From Histomonas meleagridis 2922-C6/04-290x (Eukaryota; Protista; Parabasalia): a DNA stretch of 64,000 nucleotides. Shown here in pieces: positions 43,595 through 55,015 of the stretch. The DNA is taken from contig JAANOX010000278.1 in assembly GCA_020184695.1 (NCBI GenBank), positions 310,001 through 374,000 on the forward strand, read 5' to 3'. The notes under the pieces were generated by a model, which saw only the letters and a list, made by a program, of their open reading frames with translations, did no database searches and was not told the DNA's origin. Every line of letters starts with the position of its first letter. Positions within the stretch are counted from its first letter, which is position 1. The position numbers and the translations under genes were made by a program.

Positions 43595-45046
43595 ATGTTT
43601 GGAAAAGGTTCTTCAATTTCTTTGTGTGGCAACAGCAACAACAAAGTTCTAAGGCTTGCACAAAAAGCAAATGCTGAAACAATTTTGAACACCAAAGCAT
43701 TACTTAAAATAATTCAGAATAATCAATCATTTCCTCCAAAGCACAGAGTTATTGTTTGGAGATATATTCTCCAAATACCGATGAATGAAAATGCATATAT
43801 GACATTAGCTCAACAACCAATTCATTCTTCAATTTGTTCTTTTCCACAACAATTACCAATAAGATTTGGCTCAATTTCAAAGCGCTTCATGCGTACTCTT
43901 TCATGTCTTGCATATTGGCATCCTCCACTTGCAGAATGTGATTGGCTTCCATCTCTTGTTTTCCCATTTCTCATGTTATTTGGGCGAGATTCAATCATTG
44001 TTTTTGAAGTTATAGCCACTGTCATATACAATTGGTGTCAAGAATGGATATCATTTGTACCAAATCCTCCAGTTAAAATTCTTTCTCGGATTTCTCGAAT
44101 TTGTCATGATTTTGGTGAGACTGTATCACCAACACTTATATGGCCAGTTCTTCGCAGTTTTTTTGGTGAAGTTTCCACCACTGATTCAGCGCTAATATTA
44201 CTCGATAATATTCTTTCATCACGTCCATCTTTTATTGAGTACCTTATTTCATCATATTTTATTTTACACGTTGATCTTGTTACTGAAACAAATGTATATT
44301 CTATCATTAAAAAGGCAAAACAAATTTATAAAAAAGATATTATAAATAATCCTGATACATCTGAATTTAAGCCATTACCAAAAGATTTTTATCCAGTTTT
44401 AATAGTTGTAAAGAAATCAAAACGATGGAAAGAAAAAGAGTTGGAAAGAATTCGTTTAGAAGCAGAAACTAGAAAAAGACAAACAGAAATCAAAAAAGAA
44501 GTTAAAAAAGAAACAGAACAAATTGAAAAGCAAAGAAGAAATTGGTTAAATCAAAGATTATTTTTATCTGATATTGAAACAGAACAAATCGAAGAGTTTA
44601 TAAGAAAAGAAACAGAAGAAAACAAGAAATTGAATTTTGGAGAAAGAAAAGATATTAATGAAAGAAAAAAACAAATAGAAAAAAGAAAAATCGATCAGAT
44701 ATCTGAAATTGATAATTGGAGAAAAGAATATAAAAAAATTAATGAAGATGTTGATAAATTAGTTAAATCACATCAAGAAACTTGGAATGAATGGCTAAAC
44801 TTAAAAGAAGAAGAAGCAGAAATAGCAAATCAGGAAATTGATAATGAAATTAATTTAATTGATGAGATACAAAAAACATCCGAAAAAGAAAAATCAAATT
44901 ATAATGAAAATGTTAGAAATATAAATGAAATAGAAAATGATTTATTGGATAGAATTACACACAGAACTCAAGAACTTGAAAATGCAATAATTGATCATCG
45001 TCAATTTCTTGAAGAGAAAAGAAGAGAAAATCAACTGTTTAGTTGA
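43595..45046 (+). CDS. TBC (RabGAP-like) domain protein, TBC1D31-like, with a C-terminal coiled coil
   Basis: VWRYILQIPMN, RTLSCLAYWHP, LPSLVFPFLMLF, FEVIATVIYNWCQEW, PNPPVKILS resemble the TBC1D31 TBC domain. Confidence 0.75.
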   Translation: MFGKGSSISLCGNSNNKVLRLAQKANAETILNTKALLKIIQNNQSFPPKHRVIVWRYILQIPMNENAYMTLAQQPIHSSICSFPQQLPIRFGSISKRFMRTLSCLAYWHPPLAECDWLPSLVFPFLMLFGRDSIIVFEVIATVIYNWCQEWISFVPNPPVKILSRISRICHDFGETVSPTLIWPVLRSFFGEVSTTDSALILLDNILSSRPSFIEYLISSYFILHVDLVTETNVYSIIKKAKQIYKKDIINNPDTSEFKPLPKDFYPVLIVVKKSKRWKEKELERIRLEAETRKRQTEIKKEVKKETEQIEKQRRNWLNQRLFLSDIETEQIEEFIRKETEENKKLNFGERKDINERKKQIEKRKIDQISEIDNWRKEYKKINEDVDKLVKSHQETWNEWLNLKEEEAEIANQEIDNEINLIDEIQKTSEKEKSNYNENVRNINEIENDLLDRITHRTQELENAIIDHRQFLEEKRRENQLFS

Positions 45047-45167
45047 GTAACATATAAAAATTTAATAAATGTTTTTTTTTTTTTTTTTTTCGTATAAAAA
45101 GCTTTTTGTAATCAAAGTGGCCGATAAGACCGTTTATTTACATGTATCGTTCAAAAGTGGATTTCAG

Positions 45168-46040
45168 ATGCTATCATCGAAATCCTTTCGTAATTATACA
45201 CAACAAAGAGGAAATATATATCTGCCAGTTGATTTATTGATTGTGAGAAATGGAGCATCAGAAGGATCAGTTATGTTGCAAAAAAGAAAAGCTCAAAAAG
45301 ATCCAGACTTTGATCAAAAATATCATGAAACATTAGGAAAAGTTCACAATTCAAAATGGCGCTTAACAAAGTTAGGAACAATACAATCTCGTGCTGCTGG
45401 TCGATGGATTTCTGAAAATTTCCCACATTTTGATGCTTATCTTACAAGTGAATTTGTAAGATCACTTGAAACAGCGTGCTGCCTCAACCTTGATGGTGCT
45501 CACTGGCTTCCATCATTGTATTTACGGCCACGAGATTTTGGTAATTTTTCAAGACTCGATCAGAATATTAGTCAAGAGCAATTTAAACGTTATATGCTTG
45601 AACGAGCTCGTGATTCATTTTATTGGGCTCCGCCGAATGGAGAATCAATTGCACATCTCACGCTTCGAACAGAAAGAGTTGTTTATTGGCTTCGTAGACA
45701 CGTACCAGCGCATGGTTCAGCCATTATTGTTACTCATAAGGATGTTATGGAGTCTTTTCGCATTCGTATCGAAAAGATTTCCGAAATGGATTACAAATCA
45801 ATGATCATGGAACCCTCACAAAATCACGTTCTTCATTATAGCTCGATACTACATTACACAAGAAGGAATCCTAAAACAGGAGAAGTTGTTCCATATTATC
45901 AATGGATGAGAATCGTTACTCCATGGTTAGGAAAACATTATACGCCAAATGAATTTGAGCCAATTGTTTCAAAGCACTATGGAAATGCAGAGCTCCTTGC
46001 AGAGGTATCGAACGTCCCACGAATTTTTTCAGATGAGTAA
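45168..46040 (+). CDS. Histidine phosphatase / phosphoglycerate mutase superfamily protein (RHG motif altered to RNG)
   Basis: LLIVRNGASEG, RLTKLGTIQSR, TSEFVRSLETA, PPNGES, IIVTH. First ATG is at 45168. Confidence 0.82.
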   Translation: MLSSKSFRNYTQQRGNIYLPVDLLIVRNGASEGSVMLQKRKAQKDPDFDQKYHETLGKVHNSKWRLTKLGTIQSRAAGRWISENFPHFDAYLTSEFVRSLETACCLNLDGAHWLPSLYLRPRDFGNFSRLDQNISQEQFKRYMLERARDSFYWAPPNGESIAHLTLRTERVVYWLRRHVPAHGSAIIVTHKDVMESFRIRIEKISEMDYKSMIMEPSQNHVLHYSSILHYTRRNPKTGEVVPYYQWMRIVTPWLGKHYTPNEFEPIVSKHYGNAELLAEVSNVPRIFSDE

Positions 46041-46555
46041 GCATTTCATCGTTCATCAAATTTGATGCTCTTTTAGGTTTTTCGAACACGCTCCAAATCA
46101 AAGCAAAAACTCGCAAAATATACATTTTTATGTCGGAATTCCCAAGAAACTTAAAAATATTTTTTACTTTTAATTTTTATTCATTTTTTTTTAATAATTA
46201 ATATAAAATCATTTAATTTCTGGACTAAATGCAATATTTTATATATATAAATTCTTGAATTAAATTATTTTTATTCGATTTGAATTCTTATAAAGAATTT
46301 TTGTAAAGAAATATCTAAAAATATTTAATAATATTAAGAGATTTTTAAATTAAACAATAAGCTAACACGAGTTTTATGGGTTTTCTTGCTTTTGTTTTAG
46401 TTTGATTTTAAAGACAGAATTTTCTTTCTCCCGATGGAAGATTTGATAAAATTTCATGATTGAAATTATTGATTAGACTTTCCAAAACCCCCAAAAACGT
46501 TCTCTTGTGAAAATTGATGGATTATTTTGTAAACCTGTTAATTTGGTTAATTAGG

Positions 46556-47170
46556 ATGGACAAGGAAGTGGATGTAATACTGAAACCTCTGAATGGAAAC
46601 GATGTCCCAGTACATTCGAAGAGATCAGATACTGTTAGGTCACTTCTAGAAACGGCAGGAATTGCAATACCACCCAATTCAAAATTAATTTGCATATCAA
46701 AAGGTAATCAATTGCAACTTGATCTCACTCTTGGTATTCAGGGGATAGAATCAAATGATACAATATTCATACTATGGCCAAAAATGAACCAAAGAAAACT
46801 TAAAAGGCATAAAATCAACGTAAACCTTGAATTGTATCAAAAGATGAAAGAGTTCGAAAGGCAGCAAAAAGAACTTTTCGAGGAAGCCCTACGTGTCTTT
46901 GATCTATCTTTCTTACTTTTCGATTACTATCGATCTTCCATAAGTGCCTACCAATCAATGCTTAATCAACAAGAACTATCTATCTCTCAATACGAATGCA
47001 ATTCTAATGAACAAGATGAAACTGTTCTAGAAACTACAAATTCAGTATCATCAGAACCTTTGCCAACTTGTTGGCAGCAAGAAGAAGACTCTAGCTCTGG
47101 TGACGAGCAGAGTATTTGGGAAGAATGTCTTTTTGCAAAACCTAATTTTGAACTTGATTCATCAAATTGA
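46556..47170 (+). CDS. Ubiquitin-like domain protein
   Basis: DTVRSLLE...KLICISKGNQLQLDLTLGIQGIESNDTIFI ubiquitin-fold pattern; acidic tail. Confidence 0.65.
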   Translation: MDKEVDVILKPLNGNDVPVHSKRSDTVRSLLETAGIAIPPNSKLICISKGNQLQLDLTLGIQGIESNDTIFILWPKMNQRKLKRHKINVNLELYQKMKEFERQQKELFEEALRVFDLSFLLFDYYRSSISAYQSMLNQQELSISQYECNSNEQDETVLETTNSVSSEPLPTCWQQEEDSSSGDEQSIWEECLFAKPNFELDSSN

Positions 47171-47555
47171 TGCAAACCACATTTCAAGCAAGTGAAAATT
47201 GTTGTTCTTCGTTAAGAAGTTAATTTGCGCCTTCACATTCTTCTCAATTTCAATATTATTCTCTATCAAATAAATCAAAATTTAATGTTCATAAGCTCAA
47301 CACAATAAACATTTATCATGCGGCAACTTATTTTTTCCTTTTTTCTTCTATTTCATTTAACATCACTTCTTTTATCGAATAGAAAATATTATAATTTTTT
47401 TTCTAAATGAATAATTTTTTGTTTCTTTAACATAATACAAAGTTAAAACTTGTGGCTAACCAAAACAATAACTCGAAAATAACTTGCTGAGCAAAACACA
47501 TTTTATGTTTCTTCGGCGGTTTCCTCAACATAACCGCAATAACCGTTGTGGCCGG

Positions 47556-47561
47556 CCTTTT
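47556..47561 (+). promoter_or_regulatory. CCTTT (M5-type) core promoter motif of RPL12
   Basis: ggCCTTTTcgaATG, preceded by AACCGTT. Confidence 0.5.
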
Positions 47562-47564
47562 CGA

Positions 47565-48044
47565 ATGTCACAAGAGGTTGTCATTCGCGTTCGTGTTTGG
47601 GGAGGAGAATCGGGTGTCACCGCAAAGCTTGCCCCACGTTTGGGTCCTCTCGGTGTTAACTCTGGTCAAGTTGGTCAACAAGTTGCTAAAGCTACAGAAG
47701 AATATAAAGGATATCGTTGCACAGTTCAAATTACTATTGTTGATCGTCAAGCAACAATCTCAGTTGTTCCATCAACATCTACACTTATCATTCACGCTCT
47801 CCAAGAACCTCATCGTGATCGTAAGAAGACAAAGAATGTTAAACACACAGGAAGCCTTACACTTGATAATGTTATTGATATCGCCCGTCAAATGAGGCAC
47901 AAGTCAATGTCAAAGACACTTGCAGGAACTGTTAAAGAAGTTCTTGGTACATGCCAAGCTATGGGAGCTCAATGTGAAGGTCAGAATGCTAAGGCTATCC
48001 AAAAGAAGATCACATCCGGCGAAATCTCAATTCCAAACGAGTAA
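47565..48044 (+). CDS. RPL12: 60S ribosomal protein L12 (uL11)
   Basis: GGESG...LAPRLGPLG, VVPSTSTLII, EPHRDRKK, KHTGSL, GTVKEVLGT. The start is placed at 47565. Confidence 0.97.
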   Translation: MSQEVVIRVRVWGGESGVTAKLAPRLGPLGVNSGQVGQQVAKATEEYKGYRCTVQITIVDRQATISVVPSTSTLIIHALQEPHRDRKKTKNVKHTGSLTLDNVIDIARQMRHKSMSKTLAGTVKEVLGTCQAMGAQCEGQNAKAIQKKITSGEISIPNE

Positions 48045-48801
48045 ACCGATCACTAATTTACCATCAATTTTACACATTTTGTAAATTTGCACAATGAGTA
48101 AAAGGTTGTTTGGTTAAGATTGTTTCATAACATTTTAGGAATCATACATTAAATTTTACTATGGTTATTTCTAACATGCAATTTCTTTTTTTTTTTGACT
48201 AGGCAAATTTCATGGTCATGAAAGCCTTGAAACACATGAATAATATTATTTTGAGAAAGAGATAAAAATTATTGCATTATCATGAACTTTTCAATAAAAT
48301 ATCTTTTGCCTGTTTTGAGTTCAAAGAAAAAGAAAAATAAAAATTTGATAAATTTCTAAAATTACACGAAATTTTATTTGGTTTTATGGTATAATAAACA
48401 CCATGGTGCATTATATATTTAAATCTGATAGAATTTTATTTGGACATTTTGGGGAAAAAACATAAAAATTGAGAAAGGATTGAACGGAGAGAGCAAAATT
48501 TTGATTTAATATTGCTTGATTTGCTACAAAAAATTTACAAATAAATTTGTTCATATTTAACTCTAAAAACATGTTTTCATTAAGGGTCGATTGAGAAGAA
48601 GTTAACGGTCATTTAGAAGGGTCGTTATTTTCGGAACTCGTTTTCAAACATAAAGGTTCTAGAAAATTAAAATCACACAAGACCGATTTTTTATTTCGGC
48701 TTTATAATGTCAAGCATGAGCTGTCACAGAATATCGAACTCTTCACATCTTTTGCTCACGATCATCCGCATGAAAGACGTTAATTTTTTTCAGTTTTTTA
48801 T

Positions 48802-50874
48802 ATGGGCACTTTTGTAAGTTCTGCTTGGTTGCTATGCAAACTAAAAACATTTTTTTTCTCTGAAAAAAATATCACAGATACTTTAAAGCCACATTATTCC
48901 ATCATTTTTCTTTTTTTTATATTCACATTTTTAAAATTTTCGTTTGATGCACCAAATTTAAATATCAACTATAAAAACCCATTTTATAATTTAGCAATAC
49001 CACAAGTAGGCTCTGACGTTGCAGATGAAGGCTTCAAATATTCTTCAATATTAACTACAGATATCAATGTATGTATTAATCGATCTGAAGTTAATTCAGA
49101 AATCACCAGAGTTTTTAACAAACGACAAGTAATTGAGAACAAAAATGCTCCACATGTTTTAATTATTGGTTCAACTACTGTTCTTGGTTCTACTCTTAAA
49201 AGTATTTTCCAAAAACGAAATCAACGAGTTCTAACCACGAAAGGCATAAACGAATTTGATTTTTCATCCGAAGACACTCCATTACTATTTGAAGGGATTA
49301 ATATAATTTCAGCTTATATCACATATCAACCACCATATGTTCGTCACGCACATTCTGATGGATCCGAATACACCAACACCATCATCCACACGTATATTAC
49401 AGGTTTATGTGAATTTTTAAGATCCCGAGAAATTCCGTTTATCTTTGCAACATCGCAACCATTAAACAACGATACTATTATTACAGTTTTATTAAATGGG
49501 GGCACAGTTGTTAAGCTTCCAATGCTAGTTGATTCATTAGCATTTAAGGATTTAGAGAACCCCACAATGAGAGCTGTTCGCGAGTGTCGAAAAGTTGGAT
49601 ATTCGAACATTGAATATTTCAGTTTCACCAAATATCATAGTATTGATTCTATCACAGCGGCGAAATATGTAATTCGAGCATTATATAAAAAGCCACATAA
49701 ATTCATAATTGTTAAAGGTCATTCAGTTGCCACAATAAAAGAATCAGTTAACGCTGCACTTAAATCATTAGCATTAACCAAATGCGCCGTAACCTTTAAA
49801 AAATTCCCACACAAACTTAAGCCATTAGGTATAACTCCACAAATAATTGAGACGTTAGGTAAAAAGAAAGATAATGTCATTAAAATGATATCGAAAACTT
49901 ATCGAACTTTCAACAGAAAAGAAAAGGATAAAAATTATATGACAATATTAACTACAGGTCGACATGATAGTTATTCGAAAAACTTTGAAGTTCGTGCTCA
50001 AAACTTTTTAAACTCGATAAGTTACGGACTCAAAAATGTACCGTTAGCGCAAGTCGAAGTCATATATGTCGATTATGGTACGCCAAGAGGAACCACATTA
50101 TTATTTGAGTTATGTAACATCAGCAAATATTTAAATGGGCATTTGCGATTTATCGTTGTTCCACCTGAAGTACATAAGAATTTATCAATAAAGTTTAATC
50201 GAAAAGGCGGATTCTTCGAATTCGTTGCGAAAAACATTGGACTACGTCGAGCTAAAAGTAAATTTGTGTTAACAACAAACTCCGATAATATGTTTTCGAC
50301 ACATTTCTTTGAGCTAATTGCATCGCATGAGTTTAACTCGATGATGTTATATAGGGCGAATCGATGGAATGAACGCGAAAACACTTTAGAAGTCTATAAT
50401 ATAACGAAAAAAGATTTCATCAAAATTTTGCCCGAAGTTTGGAAATTGGAGAAAATGGATTTGGAAGAATGGACGGGATTACCGCCGAAACAATTTAGTC
50501 TGCTTAATACGCACTTTAGATTCATGTGGAAACACTTCTCTGTGAATAGCGCTTCGGGCGATTTTTTGCTTCTTTCTTGGTACATGTGGGAAAGAATTAG
50601 AGGGTTTAACGAGGTGCCGTTCAATATGCACACCGACTCTTTGTTCGTTGCAAAGGCAATGAAAATGATACAGGGAATAATGGTAATGTTCGTAAGATCC
50701 CCTTTTGTCCATCAGTTCCACGTAAGCTTTAATTTGGGGACAGAGGCTGTTTATGATCACGAAAATGTGATAAAGGAATACTCGTGTATAGGAACTTGGA
50801 GAAATTGTACATTATATTGCGAAAATACAAATTGGGGATTTGCAGACCATAAATTCGTTGAAATTGTTGTGTAA
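48802..50874 (+). CDS. Type II membrane protein with a Rossmann-like N-terminal part and a GT-A (GT2-like) glycosyltransferase C-terminal part
   Basis: TM SIIFLFFIFTFL; VLIIGSTTVLG; EVIYVDYG; AKNIGLRRAKSKFVLTTNSD; ASGDFLLL; GFNE...HTDS. Confidence 0.6.
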   Translation: MGTFVSSAWLLCKLKTFFFSEKNITDTLKPHYSIIFLFFIFTFLKFSFDAPNLNINYKNPFYNLAIPQVGSDVADEGFKYSSILTTDINVCINRSEVNSEITRVFNKRQVIENKNAPHVLIIGSTTVLGSTLKSIFQKRNQRVLTTKGINEFDFSSEDTPLLFEGINIISAYITYQPPYVRHAHSDGSEYTNTIIHTYITGLCEFLRSREIPFIFATSQPLNNDTIITVLLNGGTVVKLPMLVDSLAFKDLENPTMRAVRECRKVGYSNIEYFSFTKYHSIDSITAAKYVIRALYKKPHKFIIVKGHSVATIKESVNAALKSLALTKCAVTFKKFPHKLKPLGITPQIIETLGKKKDNVIKMISKTYRTFNRKEKDKNYMTILTTGRHDSYSKNFEVRAQNFLNSISYGLKNVPLAQVEVIYVDYGTPRGTTLLFELCNISKYLNGHLRFIVVPPEVHKNLSIKFNRKGGFFEFVAKNIGLRRAKSKFVLTTNSDNMFSTHFFELIASHEFNSMMLYRANRWNERENTLEVYNITKKDFIKILPEVWKLEKMDLEEWTGLPPKQFSLLNTHFRFMWKHFSVNSASGDFLLLSWYMWERIRGFNEVPFNMHTDSLFVAKAMKMIQGIMVMFVRSPFVHQFHVSFNLGTEAVYDHENVIKEYSCIGTWRNCTLYCENTNWGFADHKFVEIVV

Positions 50875-51845
50875 ATAATAAATATTATGAATTATAATAA
50901 TGTGATGACAAGTGAAACTGAAAATAAATATTATGTTTGTATATAATTGTCTTATGCTCCAGAAATTGATTTAATTTCAGTGTAATTATGATACAAAATG
51001 GGAATAATCCAGCAACAAATTATCTTCTCAATTTATCTGTGGATCAAAATGGATTGAATTTTGGTTTTCGAATAAGCCTAAAACTACAACAGAATACTTT
51101 AAACTCTTTCATTGCTACCTGAAATTCTATAAATATGGCAACACAAATGACATTTTTTTATAAGGTGACTACAAAAAACCCTATCGGAGTTGTTGTTATA
51201 TTAACCGCAAAAAGTTGTTTTGAAATAAAAGTGACTTTTTTTAGCATCCTTTACTCAAAACATGGTGGAGATTGTTCAATAAACCTTAAAAATAAATGCA
51301 TCATATTCAATACAACAATTATTTGAATGATAGAACTTGATATCGGTTCCGATGATTTAGTGTTTATCTCATTTTTCGCGAAACTGAGTAAAACCCATGT
51401 ATAAAAAGTTGAATACAATAGACCGTTAAATCCAACAGAAAATATCCTGAGACGGTTTTGACTTCAATCGAACTCACACAAAAAGTTGTTTGTTTTTTGT
51501 CGTTACCTTGAAATCCATTCAAATGTCAGGTTTACACTTGTGAGCAAGTAAATGACATCTCCTCATGTCACTTAATGCTACATGTGCTTGTCTTGTTATG
51601 CAAAAAAATTTCGATGAAAACTCACGACGAATCACATTGAACAACAGTCGTTACACGCATTTCTAATGAAAAATTCGTAGTTATTTGTTAAAGCCAAATC
51701 CATGATTAATATTGATTCACATTGGCACTTTCATCCTTTTCCTAAATTCCAACAAACATTTTTTTATTCGAAATAAATATTATTTTAATTTACTTACTGA
51801 AAATAAAACAGTGAACAACTATGTGTATGACAAAAGCATCCATGT

Positions 51846-53477
51846 ATGTTCGCATTAATATTTTTCGTTTTTACTTTCTTTTTTAAAATTTATTTTAATC
51901 AGAAAAGCATACATCAAAAAAACGAAGTTATTCCGATTTTATTGATTATATTTTTTGTTAATACAAAGCAATCATATGACGAAGAGACAAAAACACTCAC
52001 AATATCTGATTTCAATGATTATTCAAAAGATTATATGAATGTTACAGAACGTGTTATAATTATTAATGTTGGCGAGATTGAAAGTAATGCATTCAGAGAA
52101 TGGCCTTTATTAACAACAGTAATAATTGGAGAAACAGTTGGAAATATCGGTAATAGAGCATTTACATCATGTACAAAATTAGAATATCTTCAATTTCCAG
52201 ATAAATTAATGAGTGGAATTGGAGGTGGTGCATTTGCAGAATGTATTTCATTAAATAATATTACAATTCATTGTAATAACATTGGTGATAATGCATTTTA
52301 TGAATGTACAGGACTTGAAACGATAACATTAGCTGAAGGCGTCCGAAATATTGGATCAGATGCATTCAGAGGATGTACAAACCTTGTGAATATTTATATA
52401 CCAAGTTCAGTTTATTCGATTGGGAATGCATTTTTAGAATGTACGAAACTTCAATTTATTAATGTTTCAGAAGAAAATATTGGTTATTCGAATTATGAAA
52501 ACGATGGCGTTTTATATGATAAAGAAATTACACAAATTATTAGTTATCCGAATATGAAAAGTAAAACATTTACAATTCCTAATTCAGTCACTTCTATTAT
52601 GAATTATGCTTTTGCAAGTTGTAATAATTTAGAAAAGAATTTTTTTATTGATGAAAATGTTCAATATATTAATTCATGTGCATTTTTTAATTGTACATCA
52701 CTTCAATGTATTCATTTTAATGGAGAAATTTCACCAGAAATACAAAATGATGCATTTGTCAACATCAACGCGACAACAGTTATGACAATAGTAACATATC
52801 AAAATGAAACATTTGGAAATATGAGTATTACTAAGGGAACAACACTTGACGAATGTCTCCAGCCAACACGCACATTCACATTGACACAATATGATACAAT
52901 CACTAATTCATATACATTTACTGAATCGGATTCACTAACTGCATCAGTTATTTATTCATCGGATGTAACTTTATTTTTAACGCATTCGTTCACTTTAACA
53001 CACTCATTATCTATTACACTTTCGATTACAATTTATAGTAAATACATAAATACAATTTCATTGTTAACATTCGAATCAACTTATAGTTATATATCGACAA
53101 ATGTCATTTATTACGATTACACTGTTATATATTATTCGTCTTATTATAGTTATTATTCTGACTTTTATACATTAGTTGTAACTGATGTTGCACCAAAAGA
53201 TAATTCGATATCAAATGAATTGTTAATTGGTATTATATGCGGCGCTGTTGTGATAGTTTTGATAATTGTCGGAATCGTATTTTCGATGAATTTTACTTTT
53301 GTTAATACTATTACTTTAACTTATTCTTTATCGTTTATAAAAACTTTATCAAATTATTATACGTACTTAAAATCTTATTCAGTTACTTTCATTGAATCTG
53401 AAACTAAATATATTTATGTCGATTTCATATATTATAATTATACAATTATATATAATCCAGAATATTTTACGTATTAA
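51846..53477 (+). CDS. BspA-like (TpLRR) surface protein; the frame continues past the TAA to 53792
   Basis: TpLRR repeats, S/T/Y-rich stalk, TM LLIGIICGAVVIVLIIVGIVF, followed by a second stalk. Confidence 0.88.
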   Translation: MFALIFFVFTFFFKIYFNQKSIHQKNEVIPILLIIFFVNTKQSYDEETKTLTISDFNDYSKDYMNVTERVIIINVGEIESNAFREWPLLTTVIIGETVGNIGNRAFTSCTKLEYLQFPDKLMSGIGGGAFAECISLNNITIHCNNIGDNAFYECTGLETITLAEGVRNIGSDAFRGCTNLVNIYIPSSVYSIGNAFLECTKLQFINVSEENIGYSNYENDGVLYDKEITQIISYPNMKSKTFTIPNSVTSIMNYAFASCNNLEKNFFIDENVQYINSCAFFNCTSLQCIHFNGEISPEIQNDAFVNINATTVMTIVTYQNETFGNMSITKGTTLDECLQPTRTFTLTQYDTITNSYTFTESDSLTASVIYSSDVTLFLTHSFTLTHSLSITLSITIYSKYINTISLLTFESTYSYISTNVIYYDYTVIYYSSYYSYYSDFYTLVVTDVAPKDNSISNELLIGIICGAVVIVLIIVGIVFSMNFTFVNTITLTYSLSFIKTLSNYYTYLKSYSVTFIESETKYIYVDFIYYNYTIIYNPEYFTY

Positions 53478-53792
53478 TCTAATTTCTTTTATATTTCTTA
53501 TATCGAAGATGTAATAATAAACACTGATGATAATAATACATTAATTATCATTATAATTGTTGTTGTTATTGTAATAATTATTGTATTTATAATGATAATT
53601 ATAATATTTATGATTAAATATCAAAACAAGAAGCGAAAACAAAATGAAGAAGAAATGAATATTTCAGATGAAAATAATAATAAAATTAATGAAATCGATA
53701 GTACATTTTCAGTTGGTATTAATAATTCAAATATTGAAGAAGATCCATTTGCAGACGATTTAAAAGAAGAAAAATTTGTCAGTCAGATATAA
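53478..53792 (+). pseudogene. Second BspA stalk-TM-tail module, in frame with the upstream ORF beyond a single TAA
   Basis: ...PEYFTY*SNFFYISYIEDVIINTDDNNTLIIIIIVVVIVIIIVFIMIIIIFMIKYQNKKRK...EEDPFADDLKEEKFVSQI*. Confidence 0.75.
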
Positions 53793-54421
53793 ATAAACAT
53801 ATTTTAAGAACAAAATATTTTAATTTGTTTATTAATTTAATAAATACAAAGATTTTTGTTATTTAGCAAATTTTATGTTTCTTTTATTATATGATTATTA
53901 GTATAAATCCAATTTATCCAAATCATAAACACTAAAAGTAAATGATAAATTATATCAAAGAAAAAATTGGAAATTTAGAGATATTATGGTAAAAATGCAT
54001 TATTTTTTTAAAAATCAAAAGAAAGATATTTCAATTTCAAATAAGTGTTTGTCTTGAGTAGTTCTGCTTTTATCTGTGTTAAATTAAGTTTGAACAGAAA
54101 GTAAGTTATTGTGAAAATAACAAATAATATGTTTTTATATAATTTATTGGTAAGTGAAAATTATTAAATGTTTTCTGTTCTAAAAAAAAATCATTTAATT
54201 AGGAAAATAAAATAAAAAATTAGTGTTAACGTTCTCACAGGTGAATGAAAATTTTCAAATATAATTAAAATTTATTAAATGTATATTATTAAATATGTTC
54301 TCTATGAATGATATAATATTATAAACTAAATTTCATCATGCTCAATCAATATTCAAAAATGGAAATCCGAATTAAAATGTATTTAAATGGAAAACAGACA
54401 TCTATGAAGCTACCTGAATTG

Positions 54422-54835
54422 TTAGGAAGCAGGTTCCTGATCTGAAAGAGGAGGATCAATAATTCCACTGATGCATAAAGTTGCAGAAATTGTTTTTTGG
54501 TCTGGCGAATACAATGGAATCCTAAAGGCATTAGGTCCGTTTAGTGGGAGTTTACAAATTCTAACTTTTGATTTTCCAAATAATAACATCTCATCGTCTG
54601 AATCTCCAAAACAACATAATTGTATGTACAAATAAGCTGAACTTATGTCTGCAACAGAGAAGGTTATTGGCATTCTAAAATTAAATATTGATCTTTTCTG
54701 CATTTTAGTATCTGTTGTAGACAGAGGAACATCTGCTCCATCATAAGAAACAACAAGCCACATTCTGTTGTTTGGTTGAATTCGATTTGGATCAATATCT
54801 GCATCATGAAAATAAAGTTCCATTTTGTATTTCAT
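54422..54835 (-). CDS. Small C2-like domain protein
   Basis: Beta-rich 137-aa ORF; WLVVSYDG...STT...FNF...LYIQLCC...FGKSKV C2-like pattern. Confidence 0.6.
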   Translation of the reverse strand: MKYKMELYFHDADIDPNRIQPNNRMWLVVSYDGADVPLSTTDTKMQKRSIFNFRMPITFSVADISSAYLYIQLCCFGDSDDEMLLFGKSKVRICKLPLNGPNAFRIPLYSPDQKTISATLCISGIIDPPLSDQEPAS

Positions 54836-55015
54836 TGAGAATGAGAAATTTTGGGAGAACGTTAATATTTTATCAACAAAAAAACCGATGTAAAAGTATT
54901 ATATCAAAAAAAATTGGCTTAAAATGACATTTTATGTATTCTTGAATTAGTCAAAAAAAAATCTTAAAGTTTTTATATTCATTGTTGAAAATTATGAATT
55001 GCGAAAATAACTACT

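Noticed and set aside
41956-45046. Idea that the WD40 gene and the TBC gene are a split TBC1D31
   Set aside because: They lie on opposite strands, and the WD40 protein has its own coiled-coil N-terminus (Tup1-like)
48814-48877. Possible GTAAGT...CACAG intron near the start of the 690-aa ORF
   Set aside because: Removing the 64 nt shifts the frame into an immediate stop
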